The position numbers and the translations under genes were made by a program. A stretch of DNA of 64,000 nucleotides, from NCBI GenBank assembly GCA_937876375.1, contig CALEHY010000019.1:3858-67857 (forward strand). The letters run 5' to 3'. Within the stretch, counting starts at the first letter, position 1. Each line of letters opens with the position of its first letter. The notes beneath the pieces were generated by a model, which was given only the letters and a program-made list of their open reading frames with translations, ran no database searches and was not told where the DNA came from. This DNA is from an uncultured Clostridia bacterium. GTDB lineage: Bacteria; Bacillota; Clostridia; Oscillospirales; Acutalibacteraceae. Shown in pieces: positions 1 through 11,600 of the stretch.

Positions 1-500
1 AAGTCACCAGTAGCGTCCACCACGACATTGACACCCTTGTCACACAGCGACGCCATCATTCTTTCGTATATATCGCTAGGTAAGGTACTAGGTATCGCAC
101 CAGCGAGTACTAGATAATCCCCATCCTTGATACCATCAAGCCTTTGCATAAGGTCGGCTATATCATCCTCTGTGATATCTGGACCGGTAGCGTTAAAATC
201 CAGCTCCATATCTGCTCTAACCTTGACATTAATACGGGTGTCGCCCTCATTCAAATGACAAAAATCAGTGCTAATGCCCTCAGCCTCTAGCATTTGCTCC
301 AGCTTTGCACCAGTAAATCCAGCGACAAAGCCTAATGCGATATTAGGTGTTCCAAGACGGGACAAAATCACTGACACATTGATGCCCTTGCCACCAAAAT
401 AGATTTGCTCCCCAGTGGAACGATTGATATCATCATATCTAATTTTTTCAACCTGCATAACATAGTCGAGTGCAGGATTGAGCGTTACAGTATATATCAT
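1..500 (-). CDS. pfkB: 1-phosphofructokinase (PfkB family), runs off the window start
   Basis: Manual translation from ATG at 500: MIYTVTLNPALDY...GGKGINVS...GFVAGFTG...TRINVK...VVVDATG; not in the ORF track because it is truncated. Confidence 0.9.
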   Translation of the reverse strand, partial: MIYTVTLNPALDYVMQVEKIRYDDINRSTGEQIYFGGKGINVSVILSRLGTPNIALGFVAGFTGAKLEQMLEAEGISTDFCHLNEGDTRINVKVRADMELDFNATGPDITEDDIADLMQRLDGIKDGDYLVLAGAIPSTLPSDIYERMMASLCDKGVNVVVDATGD

Positions 501-543
501 AAAATCACCATAATTATTTTGCAAAAATAAAAGCCTTTTATAC

Positions 544-572
544 AAAAAAGAGCACTCCAAAAAGGAGTGCTC
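544..572 (-). terminator. Intrinsic terminator after the 585..3053 gene
   Basis: GAGCACTCC-AAAAA-GGAGTGCTC hairpin with an A-run on + (U-tail on -). Confidence 0.85.
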
Positions 573-584
573 AATCATAGTTAA

Positions 585-3053
585 TTACTTGCTAAAGCCC
601 TTCTTGCCAGTTGCATTAATTGTTGAACCAGCATTTAGCTTAAAGTTAGCAGCAGCACAGTTGAATGCATAGCCTTTAGCCTCGATAGTGATATTACCAC
701 TATTGAATGCTGACTTCTTGCCTTCCATCTGGATACCGTCGCCACCAGCTGTGATATTGATGATAGAATCAACCTCGCCAGCGCCAAGTGCCTTTGTCTC
801 AAAGTTCTTGCAACGGATACCGTCATCAGTAGCGTTGATAGTGATAGTAGCGTTGCCCTCAACGTCGATGCTAGCATAATCATCAACACCAGCGTTAGTA
901 AACTTTGTATCCATACCACGGTTACCACTTGTAATGTCAAGAGTGATATTCTTGATCTCAATCTTGCCACCAGAGTTGATAGCTGTTGAAGCAGTGTTCA
1001 ATGTAAGAGTACCGTGACCCTTTAGCTCTAGCTTGCAAGCACCATTGTCAGAATAGTTAGCAACAGCGTTACCAGTTGTTGTAGTTGTGATAGAGTTAGC
1101 TGAGCCCTCTGATGCAGAGATAGTTACTGTAGGAACAGTACCATCAGTAGCAGTATTGTTTACTGTGATAGCATTTGCACTATCAACAGTGATATTAGCA
1201 TTTGCTAGCTTAATATCTGTATCTGATGCAGCGTTAACAACGATTGTAACACCAGTAGCATCACCAGTGATATTGAATGTTGAATATCTGCCAGATGGTG
1301 TAAGTGTTAGCACATTGTCAGCAAGAGTAGCATTCTCTCTTGATACTGTGCCAGCAGTCAAATCGATATCACAAGCTACGTCTGGAGTAGTGTACTCTCT
1401 TCTTAGCTTTGCATAATCCTTTGCGTTAACAATACCGTCCTCAACAACGTCGAGTAGTGCAAACTCTGTGTTGAGATAGTTCATAAATGTGTATGTCTTG
1501 TACTTGTCGCATCTGTCACATACTACGCCAACCTCGCCATCAGCGAAACCGATAATCTCTGTATAGCTATGACCAAGTGCTGGGATAGGTGTGCTCTGTA
1601 CATCACCACATTCTTTACAAGTGTCAACCTCTGCACCATCCTTTGTACAAGTTGGAGCGATAGTTGAATGAACGTAATCATGATCTAATAGCTCAAGATA
1701 TGTTGTAGTTCTTTCTAGCTCTGTTTCACATGTTTCACAGTAAACAACAGTGTCATAGTGACCCTGTTCTTCACAGGTAGACTCTACTCTGTTCTCCTCT
1801 ACAGCCTCTGCAGGAGTGTGGCCAAGAGAAACTTTAATATTGTCTGCATAAATATCGTGACATACTGTACACTCGTACATATCAGCGCCAGGATCAGTAC
1901 ATGTTGGATTAACTGTTCTTACAAAAACATAATTATGCTCTGCAAGCTCCTCATAATCCTTTGTATCTCTGCTAATCTCAGCACTACATACTGAACAGTA
2001 AACAACCTCGTCATATGAACCATATTCAGCACATGTTGACTTAACATCATTCTCGATAACAGCATCTGCTGAGGTATGACCCTTTGCCTGTGAAATCTCG
2101 TTGTATGTATCGCCACAAGCCTCACAAACATATGTCTTTGTGCCAGCCTCGGTACAAGTAGCTGTATCAGTTACAGTGTAATTATGATCTGTGCAAGTGA
2201 ATTCCATATGTGTCTCGATGCTACCACTTGTCTTTGTAGCAGACTGGTACTTAACTGCGAGATAGTATCTCTTGCCAGCAGTAACATCGTATGTAATCTC
2301 AAAGTTTGTATTATCATTGCTGATATCATCGCCCTGAGTAATAGCTGATTTCTGCATTTCAAAATACTTTTCATTATATACATAGTTAGAAGCGTCGTAG
2401 ATAAGACCACGAGTATCAGGACCACCTACTGTCCAGAAATGCAATACGCCATCAGCCTTTGGTACGAATGACCACATAGCCTGCCAGTTTGAGCCAAGGA
2501 TAACAGCTGTGTCAACACCAGATGCATCAAATGGAGTGTCGAATGGAACATAGCTCTTGATACAGTAGCTCTGTGCAGCAGAGTTCTTGCCACAATGTGC
2601 AACGAAGCCCTTTGTCAAGCTCATATCATATGCAAAACCAAACGCATAATCACCAACAGCGGTAACAGTATCTGGAACAGTAATGCTCTTAAGATTTGTG
2701 CAACCAGCGAATGCAGAGTAACCAATTCTTGTAAGAGTAGAAGGTAGGTTAACCTCTGTAACATTCACCTCACGGCAGAATGCGTAGTTACCGATCTCTG
2801 TGATACCCTCTGATACAGTGATAGTGTTGACGATATTGCGATATTCATACCAAGGAATAGCCTCAAGTTCAGTCTCGCTATAATCATCAATCGCACCAGT
2901 ACCAGTAACAGTAAGCTCACCAGTAACATCGTTATATTCAAATACGATAGAATCATTAGCTGTTGCAGATAATGAAATAATAACACTTGTTGCAACAACA
3001 AGCACTAATGAAATCATAAGTGCAACAATTTTCTTCAACTTTGAATTTTTCAT
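585..3053 (-). CDS. Secreted mosaic surface protein: BspA-type LRR, Cys/His (CxxC) repeats, half-dockerin-like motif, C-terminal putative beta-helix (Cthe_2159/DUF4353-like)
   Basis: Signal peptide; ITEIGNYAF/LTRIGYSAFAGCTNLKSI LRR; repeated TC..G...C..C...GH; LDVVEDGIVNAKDYAKL; DDGIR/GDGIQ beta-helix-like repeats. Confidence 0.75.
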   Translation of the reverse strand: MKNSKLKKIVALMISLVLVVATSVIISLSATANDSIVFEYNDVTGELTVTGTGAIDDYSETELEAIPWYEYRNIVNTITVSEGITEIGNYAFCREVNVTEVNLPSTLTRIGYSAFAGCTNLKSITVPDTVTAVGDYAFGFAYDMSLTKGFVAHCGKNSAAQSYCIKSYVPFDTPFDASGVDTAVILGSNWQAMWSFVPKADGVLHFWTVGGPDTRGLIYDASNYVYNEKYFEMQKSAITQGDDISNDNTNFEITYDVTAGKRYYLAVKYQSATKTSGSIETHMEFTCTDHNYTVTDTATCTEAGTKTYVCEACGDTYNEISQAKGHTSADAVIENDVKSTCAEYGSYDEVVYCSVCSAEISRDTKDYEELAEHNYVFVRTVNPTCTDPGADMYECTVCHDIYADNIKVSLGHTPAEAVEENRVESTCEEQGHYDTVVYCETCETELERTTTYLELLDHDYVHSTIAPTCTKDGAEVDTCKECGDVQSTPIPALGHSYTEIIGFADGEVGVVCDRCDKYKTYTFMNYLNTEFALLDVVEDGIVNAKDYAKLRREYTTPDVACDIDLTAGTVSRENATLADNVLTLTPSGRYSTFNITGDATGVTIVVNAASDTDIKLANANITVDSANAITVNNTATDGTVPTVTISASEGSANSITTTTTGNAVANYSDNGACKLELKGHGTLTLNTASTAINSGGKIEIKNITLDITSGNRGMDTKFTNAGVDDYASIDVEGNATITINATDDGIRCKNFETKALGAGEVDSIINITAGGDGIQMEGKKSAFNSGNITIEAKGYAFNCAAANFKLNAGSTINATGKKGFSK

Positions 3054-3091
3054 AATTATACACCGTCCATTGAACAGAATTATACAAAATT

Positions 3092-3120
3092 ATTTTATCA
3101 CACAAAGTGTGATATGTAAA
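3092..3120 (-). promoter_or_regulatory. Sigma-A promoter with a palindromic operator in the spacer
   Basis: Minus strand TTTACA-17 bp-(TG)TAAAAT; palindrome TATCACAC-AAA-GTGTGATA at 3096-3114. Confidence 0.6.
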
Positions 3121-3165
3121 GTACCAAATATTGTGATATTAGTCTAATATATACACTACCTATAT

Positions 3166-3196
3166 AAAAAAGAGCAATATGCGTACATATTGCTCT
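3166..3196 (-). terminator. Intrinsic terminator ending the 12192->3215 operon
   Basis: AGAGCAATATG-CGTA-CATATTGCTCT plus A-run. Confidence 0.85.
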
Positions 3197-3214
3197 AGAT
3201 TATAATATTAAAAT

Positions 3215-4222
3215 TTATGCTCTGGCATCATTAATTGCCTTAAAGAGCGAGCTGTCATTGCCATACTCAGTATCGCAAGCCCAGTGCCAAATCATAACGC
3301 CACCACAGCCAGAATCCATAGCGAGCTTTGTCTTTTCGCTAATAACAGCTGGTGTGTTGAATGAGAAGGTCAGACCAGTATCGTCCTTGTCCTCAAAGAA
3401 GCCCTTGTCATCAAGTCTATCGTAATATCCACGATAGTCATACCAGTAGCCACCGTGATCAGTTGGTCTAGCATAGAATGGCAAGCCAATGTCGATTTTG
3501 CTCAAATCATAGCCAGCCTTCTTGGCAGACTTGATATCCCTTTTAACAAGGTCAACGCTTGCATGGGTGCCATCGTCCTCCCACAAATCGTAGCACATAA
3601 GCTCAACGAAATCAGTAGCCTCACGAGCAGCCTTGTTCTGACCCAAATCCCAGCCAGAAAGTGCCATACCAATCTTGTAATCATCGCCCAACATACTATC
3701 TAGCGATACAATAAATTTGTTATAGTCTTTCCAGTATTTCTTCTTAATACAATACTCATAGTCAAAGAAGATACCATCAAAGCCATATTCCTTTAGGAAA
3801 GCAAGAATATTGTTCTCCAACACTCCACTCTCAAAAGCAACCTTGTGATGCTCTGCCTGATCAGCCATTTGCTCATACCAATCGTCCGAATCAGACTGGC
3901 TACCAGGACCTGTTATACTGCAATATAGATTAACATCCCTTTCACCAATAAGTGTGCGCAAATTGTTCAGCCCGTTTTCAAAATTATCCTTGATAATGAC
4001 TTCACCCTGCTCGTTAAAATCAGAAGCACCGATATAGATAATATCTGTTACCTCGCTGATATGACCAGCTGTGAAATTGTTCAAATCTTGGATACTTTCT
4101 GCTGTGACATAGGCTGTAACCCTAAAATCCTCCGGCTTGACCTCTGTCTGCTTGGATGAACAACCGGCAAACAACGTCATAACTGTGACAACAGATAGCA
4201 TAATTGCTAATACTTTTTTCAT
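3215..4222 (-). CDS. GH18 (chitinase/ENGase-like) lipoprotein
   Basis: Lipobox LFAGC; GFDGIFFDYEY variant of DxxDxDxE; LMCYDL, IGLPFYAR, GGVMIW motifs; start moved to MKKV behind GGAG RBS. Confidence 0.85.
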   Translation of the reverse strand: MKKVLAIMLSVVTVMTLFAGCSSKQTEVKPEDFRVTAYVTAESIQDLNNFTAGHISEVTDIIYIGASDFNEQGEVIIKDNFENGLNNLRTLIGERDVNLYCSITGPGSQSDSDDWYEQMADQAEHHKVAFESGVLENNILAFLKEYGFDGIFFDYEYCIKKKYWKDYNKFIVSLDSMLGDDYKIGMALSGWDLGQNKAAREATDFVELMCYDLWEDDGTHASVDLVKRDIKSAKKAGYDLSKIDIGLPFYARPTDHGGYWYDYRGYYDRLDDKGFFEDKDDTGLTFSFNTPAVISEKTKLAMDSGCGGVMIWHWACDTEYGNDSSLFKAINDARA

Positions 4223-4234
4223 ATTATTCTCCAA

Positions 4235-5635
4235 TTACTTAAACTGGTTAGATAGCTTCGCATAATCCTTTGCATTGAGCACTCCGTCCTTAACAACGTC
4301 GAGAACTGGAACGAAATACATATCGCTTTCTGTCAAATTCAATACGTCGTTAAAATGGAATGAATACTCATCGTTACAATCAGTACATAGGATTGTGATA
4401 TCGCCCTTATCAAACTTTGATACAGTCCAAACATGCTCGTTTATCCAACGGATATATACGTCTGCATCAGCCTGTACATTCTCGTACTCACCGACCCAGC
4501 CACCGAAAATCTTGTCCTCAGGTGCTGAGGTAATTGCTGGAGCGGTAGCGCTCTTGCCAGCATTAACAAACTGTCTTGAAATCAATGCTGTCTTTGTGTC
4601 ATTGGTGTAGAAATCAATCTGATAGAATGCTCTGTCGACAGAGATGAATACTGTCATATTCTCGACCTCTGCATTGCCAACATTGTACTCATATCCGATA
4701 GTGTCACCCTTGTGACCATCAAGACGGAAATTCTTGGTGTCCTTGGTGAAGAAATTGCCAGTAGAGCTATAGCCAAGCACAGTCTTTGTTTCGCTAGTAT
4801 CACCATCGCCATTATCCTCGATAGTATCAAGAGAGGTTGCAACAACATTAGCCTTTCTTGAAATCGATAATGGGACATTGATAGTGCTACCACTGAATCT
4901 AGCTGTAGCTGTAACTGTCTGGTCACCAATCATATTTTGAGTAATACCAGTAAGTTTCTTGTTGTAGCTCAAATCTAGCTCGGTCAAATGATTCTTTGAG
5001 CAAGTTAGAGTTTCAAGCAGTGAGTTAGAGGTAACATCAAGTCTTGTTAGCTCGTTATCATAGCAAGTAAGATTCTTTAGAGAACTGTTACCACTAACGT
5101 CGAGTGACTGAAGCTTGTTTGTATCACACCACAATGTCTCCAATGAATAGCAACCACCAATACTTAGGCTAGTTAGCTCATTTGCTCTACAGTTAAGAGT
5201 GGTAAGATTTGGCTTGCTACCAATTCGAAGTGAGGTAAGATTGTTACCCTGACATGTAAGCTGTGTTAAATTAGAAAGCATAGAAACGTCAAGTGTCTTT
5301 AGACCAATTTGACCAACATATAGACGCTGAACATTTGTAAAGTACTCGATACCCTTCAAATTCTCGATAACGCCATCCTCGCCGAAAAACTCCTCTACAT
5401 AACCAGAAACATCTAGAGAATACTTGTTTCTTTCATCAGCAGAAAGAAAGCCATCACCATTTTTATCATATTCATGTGACACGATATATCTCCAATTATC
5501 ATCTGGGAAAGTCGTTGGATTAATCGCAATTAAATCATCACCAAAGGCTACCCAGCCAACCATAAGGCTGGCTGTTATCATTGCCAATGCAAGAACAGAG
5601 GATATATATTTTTTAAATTTATTATTCTTTATCAT
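4235..5635 (-). CDS. Secreted internalin-like LRR protein with C-terminal half-dockerin-like tag
   Basis: Signal peptide; FPDDNWR cap with DKNGDGFLS loop; LxxLxCxxNxLxxLDVS repeats; ends VLDVVKDGVLNAKDYAKLSNQFK. Confidence 0.85.
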   Translation of the reverse strand: MIKNNKFKKYISSVLALAMITASLMVGWVAFGDDLIAINPTTFPDDNWRYIVSHEYDKNGDGFLSADERNKYSLDVSGYVEEFFGEDGVIENLKGIEYFTNVQRLYVGQIGLKTLDVSMLSNLTQLTCQGNNLTSLRIGSKPNLTTLNCRANELTSLSIGGCYSLETLWCDTNKLQSLDVSGNSSLKNLTCYDNELTRLDVTSNSLLETLTCSKNHLTELDLSYNKKLTGITQNMIGDQTVTATARFSGSTINVPLSISRKANVVATSLDTIEDNGDGDTSETKTVLGYSSTGNFFTKDTKNFRLDGHKGDTIGYEYNVGNAEVENMTVFISVDRAFYQIDFYTNDTKTALISRQFVNAGKSATAPAITSAPEDKIFGGWVGEYENVQADADVYIRWINEHVWTVSKFDKGDITILCTDCNDEYSFHFNDVLNLTESDMYFVPVLDVVKDGVLNAKDYAKLSNQFK

Positions 5636-5652
5636 TATATATTCTCCTATTC

Positions 5653-8600
5653 TTATGCTCTACTAATTGTTACAGATAGAGTTTTTGTTACTGTTGAGCC
5701 GTCTGAATTTGTAACCGTACATGTGATATTTGTTGTATAGCTTCTCAATACAAACGATGTCAATGTCAAATAGCCATTCTCGTCTATCTTAAATGCATTA
5801 GCATTAGATGTTTTCCATGTTACAGAAGCAGGAGCAGTAGCATTTTCTGGTGATACTACCATGTAGCTTAGCTGCATTCCATCAAACTCTGTATATGACT
5901 TAAATGTCTTTGCAATAGATGAACCAACAAGCTGGCCATCAGCAAATAACTGAATTTCCTTGATATTGATAATCTCATCTACCATCTTAATATTGAGTGT
6001 AGAATTAATCTCTCTATCGTAGGTGTCAATAATCTTAATATCAAGAGCAATAGGTGTGTCAACAGCCTTATTTCTTGTTACTGTGATACCGTCGCTGTTC
6101 TTTGCAACGCTGACACCCTCACTCTTTGTGCTGATATCAACTGACTTGTACATAGCGCCATCGTTTAGCTTGTATGTGAACTTAATAGCGTTGTTGCCAT
6201 CAACCTCGTAAGCCTTGCCATTTTCAACATCCTTGCCATTAGCAACAAGTGTAACCTCTGGAGTGATGAAATCGTGACCATCAAGATTTGTCTGTGCCTC
6301 AACAAGTCGGTTACAAGCATCATCAATAGTGCCCTGTAATGATAATGGTTCGTTATATACCTCTACGGCGTGGTCATAAGCATTCTTGAATTCCATACCA
6401 TAGCTGTACTCATAATCCATATAATCAATACCTGATGCTTGAGCAATAGCCTCCTGTAGAGCACCAGTATCCCAAGTTGTCTGTACCTCGATAGTACCCT
6501 TGTATCCACCATCAAGAGCAGTAACAGTGATAATTGACTTGCCCTGTGTAATGAATGTTACATTACCCTTTTCATCAACAGTAGCAACGCTAGGATTTGA
6601 TGACTCGTATAGACAGTCATTTACGACACCAATGATAGTGCCCTGATTTAGATTTGCATTAACATTCTTAATCTCCTGTGGAGCACCGAAGATTAGTTTT
6701 TCTGCAAATGTAACGTCCTTAACACCATTTCTTACGAATGATACATAAACTGATGAAGAGAATACCTGGTCGTGATTGTTTGTAACAAGACAAGTAATCT
6801 TTGCTACACCAGAGGTAGCACCTGTATTTGCTACAAGACCAGTTTCGTCAACTGTGATACTGTCGCTATCAGATACCCACTCAAGATTCTTGTAATGAGC
6901 ATTTGCTGGAGTAGTTGTATATTTTAGCTGAACAGTTCTACCATTAATTGTTGTGCCAGTGTATCTGATGAAGCCAGGATTTGGCTCTGTTACAGCCTTA
7001 GTCTCGTCATCCTCATCAAGAGTAATCTTTACGCCCTCTACTGTTACATACTTAACAAGTGAGTTGTATGCATTAACGAGTGAATTGTACTGTGCATTAA
7101 CCTCTGACTGATTAGCCTTGCCATCCTTTACAAGAGCGTCAGCACTGCTAACCTCCTGCTGTAGTCGTGACAAGCTCTCCTCTGTATAAACATAGTCATC
7201 AGTTACATTACCGATTAATGAGCTGTACTCTCTAACCTTTTCAGCAAGCTTGCTAAAGTCAGTATTGATAGTTAGGTTAATTGTCTTTGTATATCCACCA
7301 TCAAGTGTCTTAACAGTAATAGTAGCCCTACCAGTATCAACTGGAGTGATAAGACCGGTGTTGCTTACAGTAGCGATACTGTCGTCACTAGAGGTGTAGT
7401 AGATAGTTTCAAATCTTGGAGTGCCACCAAGAGTTGTGTTAATTTGTACTGGTGACGCTGTAGCGTACATTGTGATATTAGATGAGCTGTTTAGTGTCAA
7501 GCCAGTAACTGTATTGTCAGCCATTACGACATAGACTGTTCTAGTAGTCTGTCTGTCGAAATGGTCAGTAACAGTAGCTCTCATAATAGCGTATGCACCA
7601 TCATTCTTTGATGGAATTAGGTATATATCTGTACCGTCGATATCAACGTCCATCTGGTAGCTCTCAACAGTGCTCCAAACAATAGTCTTGTACATAGCGT
7701 TTGATGGGCTAGCACCAGCACTCAGCTTTACCATATTGTTTGAATTTGTAGAAGAATAGTTATTTGATAGATTTACAGATAAAGCATCGCTAGATGATAC
7801 TGTACCACTTGTTACTTCATTGAATCCACCGAGTGAAGTTGAACGCTTATATGTCTGATATGATACTGGAATATTTTGAACAGAGATATATGGATGAGCT
7901 GCAAGAGCCTCACCAGCACTGTTCAAATTGAATGTAATGTTATCAATCTGTGTCTGGCTCAACTGATTGTTGTTCAATGCAGAAACAGCGATATCATATG
8001 CATTCTTGAATGAAACGGCATAGCTGTACTCATAATTCCTATAATCAGTATCCTTGTACTTTTCGATAGCAGCGTTCAAGCTAGAACGATCACCATCGGT
8101 AGATACGATAACCTCGTCCTTGTGACCACCATCATATGATACACAACGAACAACGGTAGAACCAGCGCTGACGAATGTTACCAAACCAGTCTCGCTAACT
8201 GTAGCGATACTCTCATCGTCTGACTCCCAGTAGTAATCCTGAATATCAGCAGCACCAACATGTAGTAGACCTGTACCAACTGGCTCGATTGAACATGTTA
8301 GCTGGTATGTAGCACCTACGCCACCATTAATGCTATCGTCTGGAACTGTAACACCAGTTACTGGTCTGTATGAGAATGATACCCATACTGTGTCGCTAAA
8401 TGAGTTACCATAGTGGTCGATAACAGTACACTTGATAAGTCCATAGCAAGACTTATTTGAGGTAGGTGATGCGACACCATCGGTAGTAACGGAAATCAAA
8501 TCAGTCTCTGACTCCCAAATTACTCTCTGGTAGCTTGCGTTGTTTGGATATAGTCTAACCTTTAGGTTGAGCTTTGCGTTCTTGTAGCTTACGCCCTCTT

Positions 8601-11600
8601 TTAGTAGGCTTAGGTCATACTGATAGAAATCAGAGGTAGCCTCACCATCAAGATATAGCTCAACATTGTTGATATAAACATATTTCTTTAGACCCTTGTA
8701 TGCATCCTCTAGCTCGGCATACATAGCGTCTACCTCTTCTTGAGTATAGCCCTTCTTGATAAGCATATTCTGTGCCTTTAGCTTTGCATTAGTATATGCC
8801 TTCCAAGTTTCTGGATAGTAGTTAACACTATTTAGCTGAAGGTCGTTGTACTGGTTAACAAGTAGCTGTAGTGCATCATAGTTTGTTACAACATTGATAT
8901 AGCACATAGCCTCATATCCACCATCATCAGTAACACAGTGAATCATTGTGTTACCACCATATAGATATGTAACAACACCGTTCTTGTCGACAGATGCAAC
9001 ATTAGGGTTGCTAGAATACCACTTAACGCTTGTGACAGATGCGCTAGAGTTACCTAATGCATTTGTTGGCTGAACAGTAGCCTTTAGCTGTCTTGTTTCG
9101 CCAATCTTTGCACCAATAATTTGGTCAGTGTCAAGAACTACGCCAGTAGCCTTTGTTCTAGCGAAGGCTACAGTCTTTGTTGTAGAAACGGTTGTTCCGT
9201 TGTAATCAGTGATTGTACATGTGATATCTGCTGTGCAAGCACCATTGTTTGTTGGAGTGCAGACACCATTCTTGTCTACAGTCACGCTATCGTTTGATGA
9301 GGTCCACTCAACCTTTGAATACATTGCATTCTTTGGTGTAACAGCGTAGTCAAAGTCATACTTGTATGTCTTGTAACTCTTGGTTGAGCTAACCTTTACA
9401 GAAACATAGTCACTGTCTAGCTGTGTCTTGCCAGTGCCAAGGATATCAACCTTGTTGATACCAACGAATCCACCAACACGGATGAATGCATATAGTAGCT
9501 CCTTTGCATATGTATCACAAGCAGACTGTGATGCCATCTCCTCCTCGTAGTAGATGATATATGCAAGGTCTAGCTTACGCATATATTTTTTGTAATCAGC
9601 CTTGTTGTCAGCTGTCTGATATACGATAGTTTTATCGCAAAGGTCGATAATCTCCTTTAGATAAGTCTTGTCAGGTCTAACCTGAACGTCAACACTGTCA
9701 ACAAAAGCACCATCAGCAGATACGCAGTAAATTGTAGCAGTACCAACGTCGTTTGCCTTTAGCACAGCGTCACGATTATCATTGCCCTTTTGGCTAACGG
9801 ACACGATATCCTCATCAGATGAGTACCAGTTACACTTGTAGCAAGCGTATGCGCCACCAGTCCAAGAACCATTGAAGCTCATTGTATGAGTCAAATCTTG
9901 AACCTGACCGTTGAGCATATCAACCTTGCTAGCGTCAATCTTGTTTCCAGTAGCCATATTTCTTGTAACACAGACAGTGATTACATTCGACATAACTCTG
10001 CCATCCTCTGATACAGCATAAATGTTGAATGTATCAGCATATTCTCTTGCAGCCTTCTGCTTAATCTTTACGGTATGTGTATCATCAGACAAATCCTCTT
10101 GTCTGTAAACGTCATTGTTATCGATAACCCACTTTACTCTTGCGTTAGTAGCGTCCTTTGGATAAACGTCAGCACTAAATGCAGCACCCTTGCCATCATA
10201 CGCTGTAGCAACACCAATCTGTGCTGTAGCATACTCATACTCAACGCCATTAATGGTTACCTTCTTGTCAGAGTCAATACTCTTATCGCCAACACCTGTA
10301 CCGCCGGTAACCCTAATATCAATTCTTTCTACTGGGATACCAGTCTTAATCTCTTTTTCGGTAATCTTCTTGCTGATTTCGAAAAATTCGCCATTCGATA
10401 GGTAATATCCAGTCTTTGCCATAATTGCGATAGTGGATGCACCACCAGTAACGGTAGAATAATTACCCTTGTAATCAATTTTACCAACGCCATCGGTAAC
10501 AGGATTGTCCTTATCTGCCCAGGTGTATGTAGGATTTCCATCCTCATCCTCGCCAGTGCGCATACCCCAAGACACATATAGATTGTCTGCCTCGGCAACA
10601 CGAGATGGGAATATGGAGTAGCTATATTTCTGCTCCTTGCCAATCTCGACAGTATCCGGACCATTGATATTTACGCCAGAGATATATTTACCAGTCTTAC
10701 CAGTTACTGTAACAGTAACAGTACGACTAACATTGTTCGTTGTTGAGGTACAGGTGATCTCAACCTGCTGTGATGAGAGCTGACCTAGTGAACCACCAGC
10801 GTCAAGACCGGTAACAATACCGTTCTCATCAACCGATGCGATGCTAGGGTCGGATGACTCCCATACCAAATCAGACTTATCACCAGTTGATGGCTCCATA
10901 TTATCAATAGTAAGCTGGGTCTGTGTGCCCTCTTTTACTGTCTTTACACCACCAAGCTCAAACGCTGTGATAGGAGTAGACTCTACAACTGTGAATGTGA
11001 TTGAATCATTATATGCCATCTGGAGAATGATATTAGCAAGTACTTCTACTGCAGTAGCAGTAAGCTGTACTGGGTCAGCAGCATCACCAGCTACCTTGTA
11101 GATAGCGAATGCAGCATCAAGGATACCAGCAAGAACAGCTCTGTTGATATCGATACCCATATATTTGATGAGAACATCAGCAATTTTGTCGGTATTAAGT
11201 GTGCCAGTGTTCTCAAGCTTGTAGAAATAGTTAACCATCTCAAGTATCTTTTGGATAACCTGCTCAGAGTCAGGAGATACAAGGATAGTAGCTGTACCAG
11301 TGTTACGGAATGTAACAAGACCACCATCAGATACAGTAGCTACACTACGGCCAGTGGAGAAGATAGAGGTTGACTTAACGCTGTATACAACGCCAAAGTT
11401 CAATCTCTGTGGTGTAGTAATAGCATAAAGCTGAACAGAATTACCCTTTGCCTGTGTGGTAGGAATCTGGCTCTTGTTAGTGATATGTGTACCATTTGGT
11501 AGGAAATTTGCATACCACTCCTGGTTACGAAGAACGTCGATACGAACGCTATCCTCTGCTACCTTTGCACCAGAGCCATCATATAGCTCACAGTGGATGA

